Shown piece by piece: positions 29,226-39,490 of a DNA stretch of 64,000 nucleotides. A program made the position numbers and the translations under genes. The notes under the pieces were generated by a model. That model made no database searches, was not told the origin of the DNA, and saw nothing but the letters and a program-made list of their open reading frames with translations. Each line of letters starts with the position of its first letter. Position 1 is the stretch's first letter. Source of the stretch: a virus (Duplodnaviria; Caudoviricetes); IMG/VR virus record IMGVR_UViG_3300023184_009677, positions 1,752-65,751 of that record. The stretch is one strand, 5' to 3'.

Positions 29226-30209
29226 ATGGAAAACCTATTCCCTGATGTTATCGGTCAAGATGCAGCCAAGAAAAAATTGGCTTTCTACTTGAATTCTTAT
29301 CACTCCACTCGCATCATGCCCAATTTGATGCTCTGCGCTCCCAAAGGTCAGGGCAAAAGTATGTTGGCGAGGGAGGCGGCAAAGCAACTGTATCTCTATG
29401 AGGATGGCAAGCCTGTCCTAAAAGAGAATGGCAAAGTCAAGAAGAAAACCTTTCTTGAAATCAATGCCAGCACCATCAAAGGCGTTCGCCAGTTTGTGAA
29501 CAATGTGCTTGTGCCTCATGTAGTTGACAAAGATGTCACAATCTTTATTGACGAGGCATCTGAAATCAAGAAGGATGTTACCATGAGTCTCCTGACATTG
29601 TTGAATCCCAATGCCACCAACAAAAATACATTTGTCTATGATGACTATGCTTGTGACATTGACTTCTCGCGCCAGACCTTTATCTTTGCAACATCAGAGT
29701 CTCACTCTGTATTTGCTCCCCTTATGGATAGGTTGACTCGCGTTGACTTGGAAGATTATTCTTACAGTCACTTGGGTCAAATTGTTCAGAAAGCAGCACC
29801 AGAAGTCAAGTTCAAAGATGATGTTCTTTTGGAGATTGCTACTGTATTGCGCGGCAATGCTCGTCAGGCAGTCAAAACAGCAGGGGACATTAAGACATAC
29901 CTGTGCGGCGGCAAAGAGTTTGGCAAGCAAGATTGGCAAAAGTTAATTGGTTTGTTGAGCATCCTGCCGTTGGGACTGTCCCCCATTGAACTGAACCTCT
30001 TGCGCTTTATGCGTCAGAACAGCGATGGTAGCTCCCTCACCAACCTTGCCGCCAAGACTGGTTTGAGCCGCGAGGCAGTTCAGAAAGACTATGAGACCTA
30101 TCTCCAGAAACATTCCCTGATGGAGATTACTGCTGGCAAGGGACGCACAATTACTGGCAAAGGTCTTGACTACCTCAAGGGGTTTGAAGCCCTACCCCAA
30201 GCAGCATAA
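29226..30209 (+). CDS. ruvB: RuvB-like Holliday junction branch-migration ATPase
   Basis: VIGQ, APKGQGKS (Walker A), FIDE, APLMDR, RGNAR, C-terminal winged helix E.YL....L..IT..GR. Confidence 0.82.
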   Translation: MENLFPDVIGQDAAKKKLAFYLNSYHSTRIMPNLMLCAPKGQGKSMLAREAAKQLYLYEDGKPVLKENGKVKKKTFLEINASTIKGVRQFVNNVLVPHVVDKDVTIFIDEASEIKKDVTMSLLTLLNPNATNKNTFVYDDYACDIDFSRQTFIFATSESHSVFAPLMDRLTRVDLEDYSYSHLGQIVQKAAPEVKFKDDVLLEIATVLRGNARQAVKTAGDIKTYLCGGKEFGKQDWQKLIGLLSILPLGLSPIELNLLRFMRQNSDGSSLTNLAAKTGLSREAVQKDYETYLQKHSLMEITAGKGRTITGKGLDYLKGFEALPQAA

Positions 30210-30265
30210 AAAAATAAATTAAAAAAATAGTTGCATATAAATTAAACATCTAGTATATTCTGTAT

Positions 30266-30965
30266 ATGGAAATTGTTAAAAAGAAAGTAACTCGTAAGGG
30301 GGCAGGTCGCACCAAAGGCAGTTTTAGCTTTGTGCCTGTTACCCTTGGAATCCTAAACAAAAAATTTGCAGGATTGCCTGACCTAAAGATTCTTGTCTCG
30401 CGCAAGCAGATGGAAGCCTTTGGTTTAGAAAATCTTGTAACAGGAGCAGCAACAGATTTGGTCTCCAGCATCTCTGGTCAGACTGAAGAAACCCAAGTCA
30501 AAGTTAATCTAATTGACCTTGACTAACAAACAAAAACAAAGTAGTATTAAATAGTAATGAACAAAACATATCATTGGTATCGTATTAACAGAGATTCGTT
30601 CCTTGATGCTTGGGACAATCTTTCAAACACAGACCGCCGACTGTTGGCAGAAGATGCAGAGCAAAAGAGTTGGGGTTTTAAAAACTTCATTAACAAAGTG
30701 AATGCTGATACAGAAGGTCGCTACAATAGCCCGACCTATTACCTGAACGACCCTTATTCATTTAAATACGCATACTACAATGAAAACTAAAAATCCTAGC
30801 GATAGCCCCATCAAAGACCAGATAACTGTTTGCGGCACTCTGGTAACATTCCACCAAGACGGCTCATTCTTGATTCATGCCAAGTCTATGGAGCAAGCAG
30901 AGAAAGTTCAAAGATACTTGATTGATGAGGGGGTCTTTGAAATGGAAGAGGGAAGCCCAGAATAA
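30266..30965 (+). CDS. three hypothetical proteins (30266-30526, 30557-30790, 30780-30965)
   Basis: ORFs with upstream sigma70-like promoters. Confidence 0.55.
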
Positions 30966-31050
30966 CGGGAGCCCTACCCCCAAAAGATATGGTTTGCGGT
31001 CATCCACAAAACCGCTTGACTTTTTTATAAAATTATAATATATTATACCC

Positions 31051-31410
31051 ATGAACGATAACTCTGTAATGGTATTGAATCCTTATTTCAAAGATAACAC
31101 TTGGGTCTTTGATGATGTTGCAACTGGCTTAAAGGCTGAAGCCTTTGTCTTTGGTATCCCAGAGATGATTGATTATGCCATTGCCAAAAAGAAAATCCCC
31201 AATGCAAATAAAGGATTCAAATTGGTATTTTCTAAAAATGCTTTGCCAAAGTATGATTTGAAACTGGAATGGAGTCACGAAGATTGTGGCGGCAACTGGT
31301 ATAAGTGTAATGAGACAAAGACAACTGGATGGTTGTGCCCCGCTTTGTTTAAATACTTTAGCATTGCACCAAAAGAATTGTATGCCTTTGTCGAACCAAT
31401 AAAAATATGA
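31051..31410 (+). CDS. DUF6717-like protein
   Basis: PY....WVFDD..GL..E.FV.G...GWLCPALFKYF..AP. Confidence 0.7.
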   Translation: MNDNSVMVLNPYFKDNTWVFDDVATGLKAEAFVFGIPEMIDYAIAKKKIPNANKGFKLVFSKNALPKYDLKLEWSHEDCGGNWYKCNETKTTGWLCPALFKYFSIAPKELYAFVEPIKI

Positions 31411-31719
31411 AAAAAAAATCAAATAAAAAAAATACCAAATCAAATAATAATAAAGTTATTATCTTTTGCACAGTCGCAGCAGCAATCATTATTGCAATCT
31501 TAATAAAGAAATATCATTGACAAAATAAGAGATTCTGTTATATTAGCTATATGAACAATAATAAAAAGAATTGGTATCCTGCTGTGGCAAAAGCAAACAT
31601 TGGGGCAAAGCGCAAAAGCACCAAGCCAAAGGTTGCTGCCAAAGACCACGGCGAAAATAAAGGGATGAGCATCTCTGAACAATTAAAATTTTTGGGTTAC
31701 ATCCCGAAATAACTAATTT

Positions 31720-31924
31720 ATCCCGTTCCTATGCCGGACGAGTCTCGGGAATATACTAGGCGATACGCTAAGGAAAGCTCGAACGAAGTGCAAGTGGGCA
31801 ATAATCTGCTGGATTCTGGCGGACGCTTGCAGCGGGATTTTACTTTGGCAGGTTAGGGGAAAAGGAGGCCTAAGTCTCTGTGATTCCAAGTGCGTAGCAC
31901 GAGGCAATCCTACCCTTAACTTGC
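31720..31924 (+). ncRNA. candidate structured ncRNA, two domains
   Basis: GC-rich intergenic tract; atcccgtt/agcgggat and gcaggttagggg/cccttaacttgc closing stems. Confidence 0.5.
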
Positions 31925-31962
31925 TTGACATTTAAATAATAACTTGTTATATTATCACCATT

Positions 31963-32883
31963 ATGTATTACCACCAAGAAGAAGATGTAATGGCAACACC
32001 AATGGACGCTTGTAGGGAATATGCTCGTAATGTTGGATATGAGCGTCCTGAACACGCATGGATTTTAACAGATTATGATACTTGGGAACCCAATCCATAT
32101 TATCATGGTCCTCCCCAACAGCATCCTGAATTTGATTGCCAATAATTGTTGACTCTTTATAAAAATTTGGTATTCTCGTTATATGATTAATTCATTCCAT
32201 ATTGGCGACAGAGTAACATTCAATGGCTACAAGGGCACAATCTGCTCCCCCGCCATCTTTGCCCAAACTACATCCCACCACAAGTTCTATTGCTACCTTG
32301 TCTGGTTTGATGAGGTAAATGATAAACAGATCAGATTTGAAAATCTAGAGTTGAATTATAGCTCAAACATTGCATCAATCAATGAAGCATTTCTCTCCCC
32401 TTTAATAGAAAAAAATATAAACAAAACCCTTTACACCGAGGGCTATTGCTGATACCTTGTCCCCGTATGAAACTTACATATCAAAATTACGGCTCATCAA
32501 TCCTGCTGTTCGTCAATGCAGAATCAGATGAGATAGCGCACGGCAAATACCTGTCCCTCTGGAATTGGAACTGCACCTCTAGCGATGCAAACTATGTGAA
32601 GGATGGGGTGATTGCCTGTTGGTCAACTGTTCAGCGTTTAAAGGATTACTTATTCAATCGTCGAGTGATTGAGTTGAGTGATTCTGCCCCCAACAAGGGA
32701 GTCAAAGGCGGAGTCGCAACAGAAGCTCACAAGTTGGCGGAACAAGATTTCCTCGCCATTGAACAGGAGCAGTATCGCTCCATTAACAACTCTGGCACAG
32801 AATATGAGCTTGGTCTCATTAAAGCTGAAAAGCCTGACGACGATTTCAAAGATTCCGTTTTGAAATACGCTTTCGCAAATTAA
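31963..32883 (+). CDS. three hypothetical proteins (31963-32145, 32183-32452, 32467-32883)
   Basis: ORFs after sigma70-like promoters. Confidence 0.55.
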
Positions 32884-32908
32884 ACAAACCAGACACGAAA
32901 TAAGAAAA

Positions 32909-32938
32909 GGAGCAGGGAGAAATCCCTGTTCTTTTTTT
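32909..32938 (+). terminator. Rho-independent terminator
   Basis: gagcaggga-gaaa-tccctgttc followed by a T-run. Confidence 0.8.
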
Positions 32939-33223
32939 GTTTTTCAAATATTAGAAAATCTAATTTAAATAATAAGCTATGCAAATATAAGAAGGGATAA
33001 AGAAGAAGATTGGGATAAATAATATATTAAAAAGGGGGGTAGGGGGGTAGGGATTTTTGGGGGTAGGGGGCCCCCTACCCCCGCAGAGTGTGCGAGGAGG
33101 CTTGTCAAGCTTTTTCTGCAATAATCTTTTTAAAAAAACTATCAAAAAAAGGTTGCGCGGGAATGAATAGTCTGATAATCTTTGTCCGTTAGTTAAACAA
33201 ACAACAAACAAAAAGATAAAATT

Positions 33224-34102
33224 ATGGCTCAACTCGCAAAACAATCCTCCTCGTTCAATTACTCTGTGGAAGCTGCTCCCTCATTCATGCAGCTCACTGA
33301 CGGCTCATTCGTCAAGGATGGGTTCACTGTTAACCGCCGCACTGACACTCTTGAAGTGTTGGGCAAGGTGACTGACCGCTACGGTATCGTGCAGAACGCT
33401 GACCTGATTCAGGTTGCGGAAGATGCGTTTGCTGCAAAGAAAATGACTGACTACACTCGCAAGGTTGTGGTGACTGGTGCTGGTGAAAAGGTTTACGCGG
33501 TTTATGATTTCAAGAATCATACCAAAAAGCTCAAGGTTGGCGACGAAGTTGGCTTGCGTCTCACCTTGCAGAATTCGTTTGACGGCTCCCTCCGCGCTTC
33601 ATTTGGTTTGGGGATGTTGCGTCTGCTCTGCTTGAATGGCATGACCACCATGGAACGCGAAGTGGGCATGACCAAAAAGCATTCGTCTGGTATCAGCGTG
33701 CAGTTTGTTTCTGATGCGCTTGAAAAGGCGATTGTGTCTTGGAACAGTGCCACTGCTGTTTTTGACCGCCTGTCTGATATTAAGGTGACTCAAATTCAGG
33801 GCGCGAACATCCTTGCCAATCTGGAAAAGCAGTCTGTCATCTCTGGCAAGTTGCGCGAAGGCATCGGCGGCATCTGGGCAAGCCCCACGCATCGTGAGGA
33901 TGCTGGTCGCAACCTGTTTAACCTCTACAATGCCGTGACTCAACATCTCACCCACGATGTTGCTGGTGACCGCTTTGAATTGGCAAACCGCGTCTCCTCT
34001 AATGTCCTTGCGGCATTTGACCGCGCCTCGCAAAAGTCTGACCGCTTTGCGCGATTGGTGACCCCTGTCAAGGATGAACTGGCAGCAGTTAGCTTAAACT
34101 AA
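33224..34102 (+). CDS. DUF932-family protein
   Basis: LGKVTDRYGIVQN, NSFDGS, RLLCLNGM, KH, NLYNAVT. Confidence 0.85.
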   Translation: MAQLAKQSSSFNYSVEAAPSFMQLTDGSFVKDGFTVNRRTDTLEVLGKVTDRYGIVQNADLIQVAEDAFAAKKMTDYTRKVVVTGAGEKVYAVYDFKNHTKKLKVGDEVGLRLTLQNSFDGSLRASFGLGMLRLLCLNGMTTMEREVGMTKKHSSGISVQFVSDALEKAIVSWNSATAVFDRLSDIKVTQIQGANILANLEKQSVISGKLREGIGGIWASPTHREDAGRNLFNLYNAVTQHLTHDVAGDRFELANRVSSNVLAAFDRASQKSDRFARLVTPVKDELAAVSLN

Positions 34103-34122
34103 AAGTCAAGCAAATAAATCAC

Positions 34123-34151
34123 AGCCCGCTTCGAAAGAGGCGGGCTTTTTT
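34123..34151 (+). terminator. Rho-independent terminator
   Basis: agcccgctt-cgaaag-aggcgggct followed by a T-run. Confidence 0.8.
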
Positions 34152-34284
34152 GTTTTTTGTCAAATAAGCAAATAAGGGGGTAGGGGGTAGGTTCTGGGGT
34201 AGGGCATACCCCTACCCCTAAATTATATAAAAAAATAATTAAAAAAACCCTTGACCTTTTTACCAGACCTGATATCTTCTTTGT

Positions 34285-34767
34285 ATGGTTAATAACAAAT
34301 CGCACTTAACAGCAATCAAACGCAACAAACTATCTGCTCCTGCCACTTGGCTCTTGACCAATGGCTTTTTCAAGGATGCAAAACAAATCCTTGACTATGG
34401 GTGTGGGCGCGGTGAGGATACAAAGTTTTTAACTCATGTAGGATACCTGTGCTATCCTTATGACCCGCACTACCAGCCTCTCCCTGCCCCGCCAAATTTC
34501 TTTGACAAAGCAATGTGCAACTTTGTTTTGAATGTGGTGAATGAGACTGTGGCAGATGTTATCATCAAAAAAATCCAAGCACACTTGACCCCAACTGGCG
34601 TGGCTTACCTTACTGTTCGCCGCGATGTCAAGAAAAATGGTTTTACCAGCAAAGGAACTTTTCAGCGCAATGTGGCGTTGAGCCTGCCAGTCCTGCGCGA
34701 AACAAACGGATTTTGCATTTACAAACTTGACAAATATTCTGCCGTAGTCCAAACTCATTGTGTATGA
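34285..34767 (+). CDS. class I SAM-dependent methyltransferase
   Basis: TAIKR..LSAP, LDYGCGRGED, YDP, FVLNVV. Confidence 0.8.
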   Translation: MVNNKSHLTAIKRNKLSAPATWLLTNGFFKDAKQILDYGCGRGEDTKFLTHVGYLCYPYDPHYQPLPAPPNFFDKAMCNFVLNVVNETVADVIIKKIQAHLTPTGVAYLTVRRDVKKNGFTSKGTFQRNVALSLPVLRETNGFCIYKLDKYSAVVQTHCV

Positions 34768-35114
34768 AATATAACGTGTTCGTTAATTACCTCGGTGATG
34801 GTGGTTGCTCCTTCCATTACGAATCTGATAGCCCTGTTGAACGGGTGCTGGAAGATGTGTTTGCAATGTTCAACTATGGCAGCGGCAAAGAAAGCCCCCT
34901 GTTCCTAGCTCGCAGGTTGCGCTCACTTTCAGTCCATGATTGTGTTCGCGTTGGTGAAGAATGGTATCAATGTGCTTCTGTTGGTTGGCAAAAGGTCACA
35001 GCAGAGTATGTTGATGAGTTGGAAAAGAAAGTGGTGATGCACCCCTTGTTTAAATTGCATGGTAGCTGGTTCGCCCTAAATGATGTAATGTGGACAGAAT
35101 ACAAAAAAATATGA
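34764..35114 (+). CDS. hypothetical protein
   Basis: RSLSVHD.V.V...WY.C..VGW. Confidence 0.6.
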   Translation: MKYNVFVNYLGDGGCSFHYESDSPVERVLEDVFAMFNYGSGKESPLFLARRLRSLSVHDCVRVGEEWYQCASVGWQKVTAEYVDELEKKVVMHPLFKLHGSWFALNDVMWTEYKKI

Positions 35115-35398
35115 AAACCTTATCCTTCGACTTCCGTTCTGGTGCAGACATGGCAAATTTTGTTGACCTGATACTTGCCCTTCAATCCAAAGGGGTTGAA
35201 TACGAACTGACCCAAGACAATAAATGGGTCATGGTTAATTTCAAATAAAATAACAAACTCCTCAAATAGAGGAGTCCTTGGGGGGGTAGGGGGCTACCCC
35301 CTACCCCTATAAAAAATAGCGCGCCACCAGTTGAATCTTATCAGAATTTACGCTGAAAAGATTACGGGGCATGGAGCCCCTTAAAGGTGGCCGCCAAA

Positions 35399-35782
35399 TT
35401 ATTTTAAGAACTTATGGATGTTGGTTTTCCAATTTTTGTTTCCAACAGGGTCGGCGGATTTTGGACAATAGACATCCGCGAGAAAATTAAGATAATCTCC
35501 TTTGCTCCCTGCATCTTTCCAGCGCACTTCGTTGTGGTAGATTGTCACAAGGCAAACTTTGCGCGGGTTGCTAGTCTTGACACTCAAGATTCCGTAAGGG
35601 TGTTTTGTTTTCGCGCCGCCTTCAACTTTGTAAATGGCATCGGCAATCTTGCCATACTTGGCTTCTAGTTGTGCCTCGGTTAGCGGGGCAAAGCGACTTT
35701 TCTTTGTTGGTTCAGCGTGAGAAGATTTCACGATGACAAGGATTGCAACGAACACGCACAGGGCAGTAGTTAAGTTTTTCAT
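35399..35782 (-). CDS. secreted lysozyme/glucosaminidase-like protein
   Basis: Signal peptide; ADAIYKVEGG..YGI...YCP.SADPVGNKNW. Confidence 0.55.
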   Translation of the reverse strand: MKNLTTALCVFVAILVIVKSSHAEPTKKSRFAPLTEAQLEAKYGKIADAIYKVEGGAKTKHPYGILSVKTSNPRKVCLVTIYHNEVRWKDAGSKGDYLNFLADVYCPKSADPVGNKNWKTNIHKFLK

Positions 35783-36015
35783 AGTGGTGATAGATTATTA
35801 TATTTTGGTGGAGTTGTCAAGAAAAATTAATTAACATAGTCTTTATATTCAGTCTCTCCCTCAAACGGCTCTGCCCAGATAAGGTCAAAAGCATCATCAG
35901 CTGATATTTCTCTATACCAAGTTTTACTGAGAATATCTTGCAGTTCTTCTTTGGTCATTGGTTTTTTCATAGTGGTGATATATTATTATATTTTGGTGGA
36001 GTTGTCAAATGTATT

Positions 36016-37238
36016 TTACACCAAAGCGCAAGTAGTTTCCTGAATGTTCATTGTGCAATGGTAACAGTCTAAAACTTCGCCATCGCAACTAACAGAAGCA
36101 TGAAAGCCGTGGGAAATTAAGTATTCAACATATTCCAATGCCGCAATTAAACTTGCTGATGCTTTGGGATAAGAAAAGCTGCTGACGGCAACAGTCTCTA
36201 ATGTTTCGGTGCTAACTGCATTCACAGAGTATGTTTTATTCATGGGTAAAGTTTAGCTGATTATCAAAAAAACGCAAGGGAATTTTAGAAAATTTTTTAA
36301 ATATATTTTACGATTTTTCTTGACAAAATACAAAATTTCCCTGAAATACTAAAATATCCAAAATAGTCTAAATAGACTAAATAGCCTAAATAGGGGTTTT
36401 TGGGGTTATTTTTCCCAAAAAAAGCAACTTGCGTAAGTCGTTGATACTCAAGGGCTTTTGGGGCCCCCCGCGTAAGTCGTTGAATTTCAACCACTTATGC
36501 AGGTCTTTGTTAGCAAGCCCCGTGCCAACTAGTCCACCACCTCCACAAAAAAAGTTTGTTTTTTATCGTGACAATCGTAACCCGTAACATTGAATCTTTT
36601 GCCGCTCCCGTCTTCCCGTTCAACGGAGAGGATGTTATGCAAAAAATCATTGCCAATCCGATACCATTGGTCGCGGTCAAAAGTAAAAAGAGCGTCAACA
36701 AGGTTTTGGCGTGTGGTGATTGAGTAAAGGTTTTTATTCATGTAAAGAGTATAGGTTGAAAGTGTGAGATTGTCAACATTTATTTTAGTGTTTCCAATTC
36801 TTTTAAGAGTTTGGCAAGTTCTGCCCCTGCCTTGCCACTCTCTACTTCTTTAATCTTGTTCTTGTAGTAGGCAATGTTTTTGCGGAGAACTCGGCGTTTA
36901 TCATTCAGCTCTTCATTCTTTGCATCTGCGTCACATTCAGCCCACCACTTAAGAATTTTTTGTGTCTCGTCAACATTTTTGTGGGCAGTCTTGACAACCT
37001 TTGCACCATTCTCAACAGTTGTCTCAACTTCGTCCCAAGTGTGTTTGAATTTAGTAAAGAGTTGGCGCGGGATAACATGACCAGTCCCATGACCTTCTAA
37101 AATGTATTCACCGCCAGATTCAAGCAACCCATGAGTGTTTGCCCTGTGACCTTTTTTGTAGGTCTTTGGTCCGCACATTGTCTCAACAGTAAAGTCGGCT
37201 CCCAGAATTGCGTAGTGTTTCTCGTTTTTAATTTTCAT
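36016..37238 (-). CDS. three hypothetical proteins (36016-36243, 36529-36741, 36780-37238)
   Basis: - strand ORFs with own promoters or coupled to the upstream gene. Confidence 0.6.
36434..36527 (-). promoter_or_regulatory. sigma54-like -24/-12 box plus IHF-like sites
   Basis: - strand TGGCACG-GGGC-TTGCT (36512-36527) and TATCAA-CGAC-TTA (36434-36446). Confidence 0.55.
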
Positions 37239-37259
37239 AAAGTTATTTTGGGCTAAAAG

Positions 37260-37448
37260 TTAGCTCATGTCAACAGTAAATTTATAATTACATTCTTTGC
37301 AACATTCCGTTTGAGTATTGCCCGAAGGGGAAACCCACAAGCGGGTGATTTTATGTTTCATCGCCAAACACTTTTTAAAAGTTGCGTCGAATTCAGGATT
37401 ATATCCGTTTGCCCATCCGTAATCTGTCATTTCGTTCTCAATCTTCAT
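37260..37448 (-). CDS. small Cys/His protein, paralog A
   Basis: Near-identical to 37688..37876. Confidence 0.75.
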   Translation of the reverse strand: MKIENEMTDYGWANGYNPEFDATFKKCLAMKHKITRLWVSPSGNTQTECCKECNYKFTVDMS

Positions 37449-37565
37449 GACTAAAGATTACCTGATTTTTTAAAAATGGCAAGGGATTTTTAGTAAATTT
37501 ATTTTTCTTTTTTTTGCAATTCCACTTGACAAGTTTTAGCGTTTGTGGTAGTAGGGCAACTTTTG

Positions 37566-37685
37566 TAAGTCGTTGATATTGAAGGGGTTAGGCGGGGGGC
37601 CCCATAGACCGTTGATATTCAAGGGTTTACGCATTTTGCATCTAGCAAGTCCCATGCCAACCTGCCCCTAGCAAGTGGCGTGCCA
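37566..37685 (-). promoter_or_regulatory. two tandem sigma54-like boxes plus IHF-like site
   Basis: - strand TGGCACG-CCAC-TTGCT (37670-37685), TGGCATG-GGAC-TTGCT (37644-37659), TATCAACGACTTA (37566-37578). Confidence 0.55.
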
Positions 37686-37687
37686 AC

Positions 37688-37876
37688 CTAGCTCATGTCG
37701 GTGGAAAATTTATAATTACATTGCTTGCAACATTCCGTTTCCCGATTGCCTGACGGCGAAACCCACAAGCGGGTCAGCTTGTGTCCCATCTCTAAACACT
37801 TTTTAAAAGCTGCGTCGAATTCGGGATTGTATCCGTTTGCCCACCCGTAGTCCGTCATTTCGTTCTCAATTTTCAT
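37688..37876 (-). CDS. small Cys/His protein, paralog B
   Basis: MKIENEMTDYGWANGYNPEFDA shared with paralog A. Confidence 0.75.
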   Translation of the reverse strand: MKIENEMTDYGWANGYNPEFDAAFKKCLEMGHKLTRLWVSPSGNRETECCKQCNYKFSTDMS

Positions 37877-37885
37877 AAATTTATT

Positions 37886-38252
37886 TTACGCTTCAAACCC
37901 ATCTTTGTCAAGGACAATTTCAATGTCTCCACCCTCTTGGTCTATTGCAAAAGCGATGTTGCCCACGATTGCATCTACAATGCACCATCTTCCGTTTACA
38001 TTTAGTTCAGTTCCAATTTCAATTTTCATAAAGTTAATTTATTAAATTTACACTATTTTGTCAAGGGGCAATTACTTGTTCAAAGGAAACTATTCCTGCC
38101 GTCAGGTCACGCAACAGTTCCCTAGTTTTGCTGTCAATGGTTTTTTTGCCAGTTAATTGCTGAATGATTGCGGCATCACCCTTGTTAACGATGTAGGACA
38201 ATTTGTTGCCGTAAACTTCGCGGGTGTAGTATTGGATCGTTTTCTTATTCAT
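37886..38252 (-). CDS. two hypothetical proteins (37886-38029, 38061-38252)
   Basis: - strand ORFs. Confidence 0.55.
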
Positions 38253-38272
38253 TTATATAGTTTGTTAAATTT

Positions 38273-38476
38273 TCAGAGAGATGTCAAATCTAAATTCCAA
38301 TTATTTTTTGCAAATCTTTTGAGGGGATGCAATCCCTTTTCCCCATTATGAAAAGAATAAAATGGCTTACTTGAATCAGGAGGGAAAATTTTGATTGTGC
38401 TGTTTCCAGACTTGGAATAGCTCAACCGGAACCCCAAGGCTTTTAACGCTGACAATATTTGATTAACATTTTTCAT
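38273..38476 (-). CDS. HicA-like small protein
   Basis: QILSALKALGFR.....GN..KIFPP....H pattern. Confidence 0.45.
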   Translation of the reverse strand: MKNVNQILSALKALGFRLSYSKSGNSTIKIFPPDSSKPFYSFHNGEKGLHPLKRFAKNNWNLDLTSL

Positions 38477-38684
38477 TGGCTTTAATATATATTATTTCAA
38501 AATCAATAGCAAATAAAATAAATATGTTCTTTTAGGGGTAGGGCCCCCTACCCCCATTTGATAGGAAAAATGATTGGGCGCGTTTAGCTCTCCCCCTCGC
38601 TGCTGGTTTAACTTTATCGGAGACCTTTGCCGAACTCCGCTTTTGTAAGATGTGGCAGTTTTGAGGGTCTGCCAACCTTGTTAG

Positions 38685-39044
38685 TTATGCCGCCAGAAAA
38701 AACGCATTAGGCTTGCGACCACGCGAGACAATCTTTGACTTGCTGCGTGCGCTCAACGCTTTGCAATCCACGATTCCAATAGCCTTGAGTTTATAAACAA
38801 TGTCCTTGACATATTTACTGTTGGTGATGAAACCCTTTTTGTTCAACTCCTCAATGAGTGCAGAGATGGTCAGGGTGCTGGTGGTGCGGGATGCCAAAGT
38901 TTCCACAACTAACTGGTGCATGGGGAACGGATTGCGAACATTTTGCGTCCAGTTGCTGTTCAGGATGTTATAGCTGCGTTGCAGACCCTTGGCAAAGGGC
39001 ATAACGGACTTGACTTGCTTGCGAACGATTTGTTTCTGGTTCAT
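38685..39044 (-). CDS. putative winged-helix DNA-binding protein
   Basis: LTISALIEEL...YVKDIVYKLKAIGIV...GRKPNAF. Confidence 0.55.
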   Translation of the reverse strand: MNQKQIVRKQVKSVMPFAKGLQRSYNILNSNWTQNVRNPFPMHQLVVETLASRTTSTLTISALIEELNKKGFITNSKYVKDIVYKLKAIGIVDCKALSARSKSKIVSRGRKPNAFFLAA

Positions 39045-39291
39045 AACTAACTAACTTTTTTCTAGGTTTATTGTGAAAGACTTTGTGTCCTTCATCTGCA
39101 AAGAGAATATCAGACCTGCTAAAGAGTGCAATCTTTTTTTAATAAATTTTTAGAGTATATTTTAATAAATATCAAATATTAACTTGACAACTGTAAATAG
39201 ACTTAGTAAAGGGGTAGGGGTACGCCCCTACCCCACCAAGACCCATTGAGGGTTGTGTGATACAATTATATTTTAGTGGGGATGCCAAGGA

Positions 39292-39459
39292 CTATTCCCC
39301 GCTATTTTTAATGGCGCGTTTTGCTGCCGACAAAGGTTTAACTCCATCTGTATACCATTGCATATAGCAACAGTCCTCTAAGTCGTCGCTAGTCAAGCCG
39401 CAAAATGCAGAGATGTTCTTATCAACTTGCTTCTTCCATTGTTCGAATGTTGTTTTCAT
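39292..39459 (-). CDS. small acidic hypothetical protein
   Basis: TFEQWKKQVD..CGLTSDDLED..WY.DG; own promoter; not in track. Confidence 0.55.
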   Translation of the reverse strand: MKTTFEQWKKQVDKNISAFCGLTSDDLEDCCYMQWYTDGVKPLSAAKRAIKNSGE

Positions 39460-39490
39460 ACAGATAAGTTATTATATTTTAGTGGCGGTG

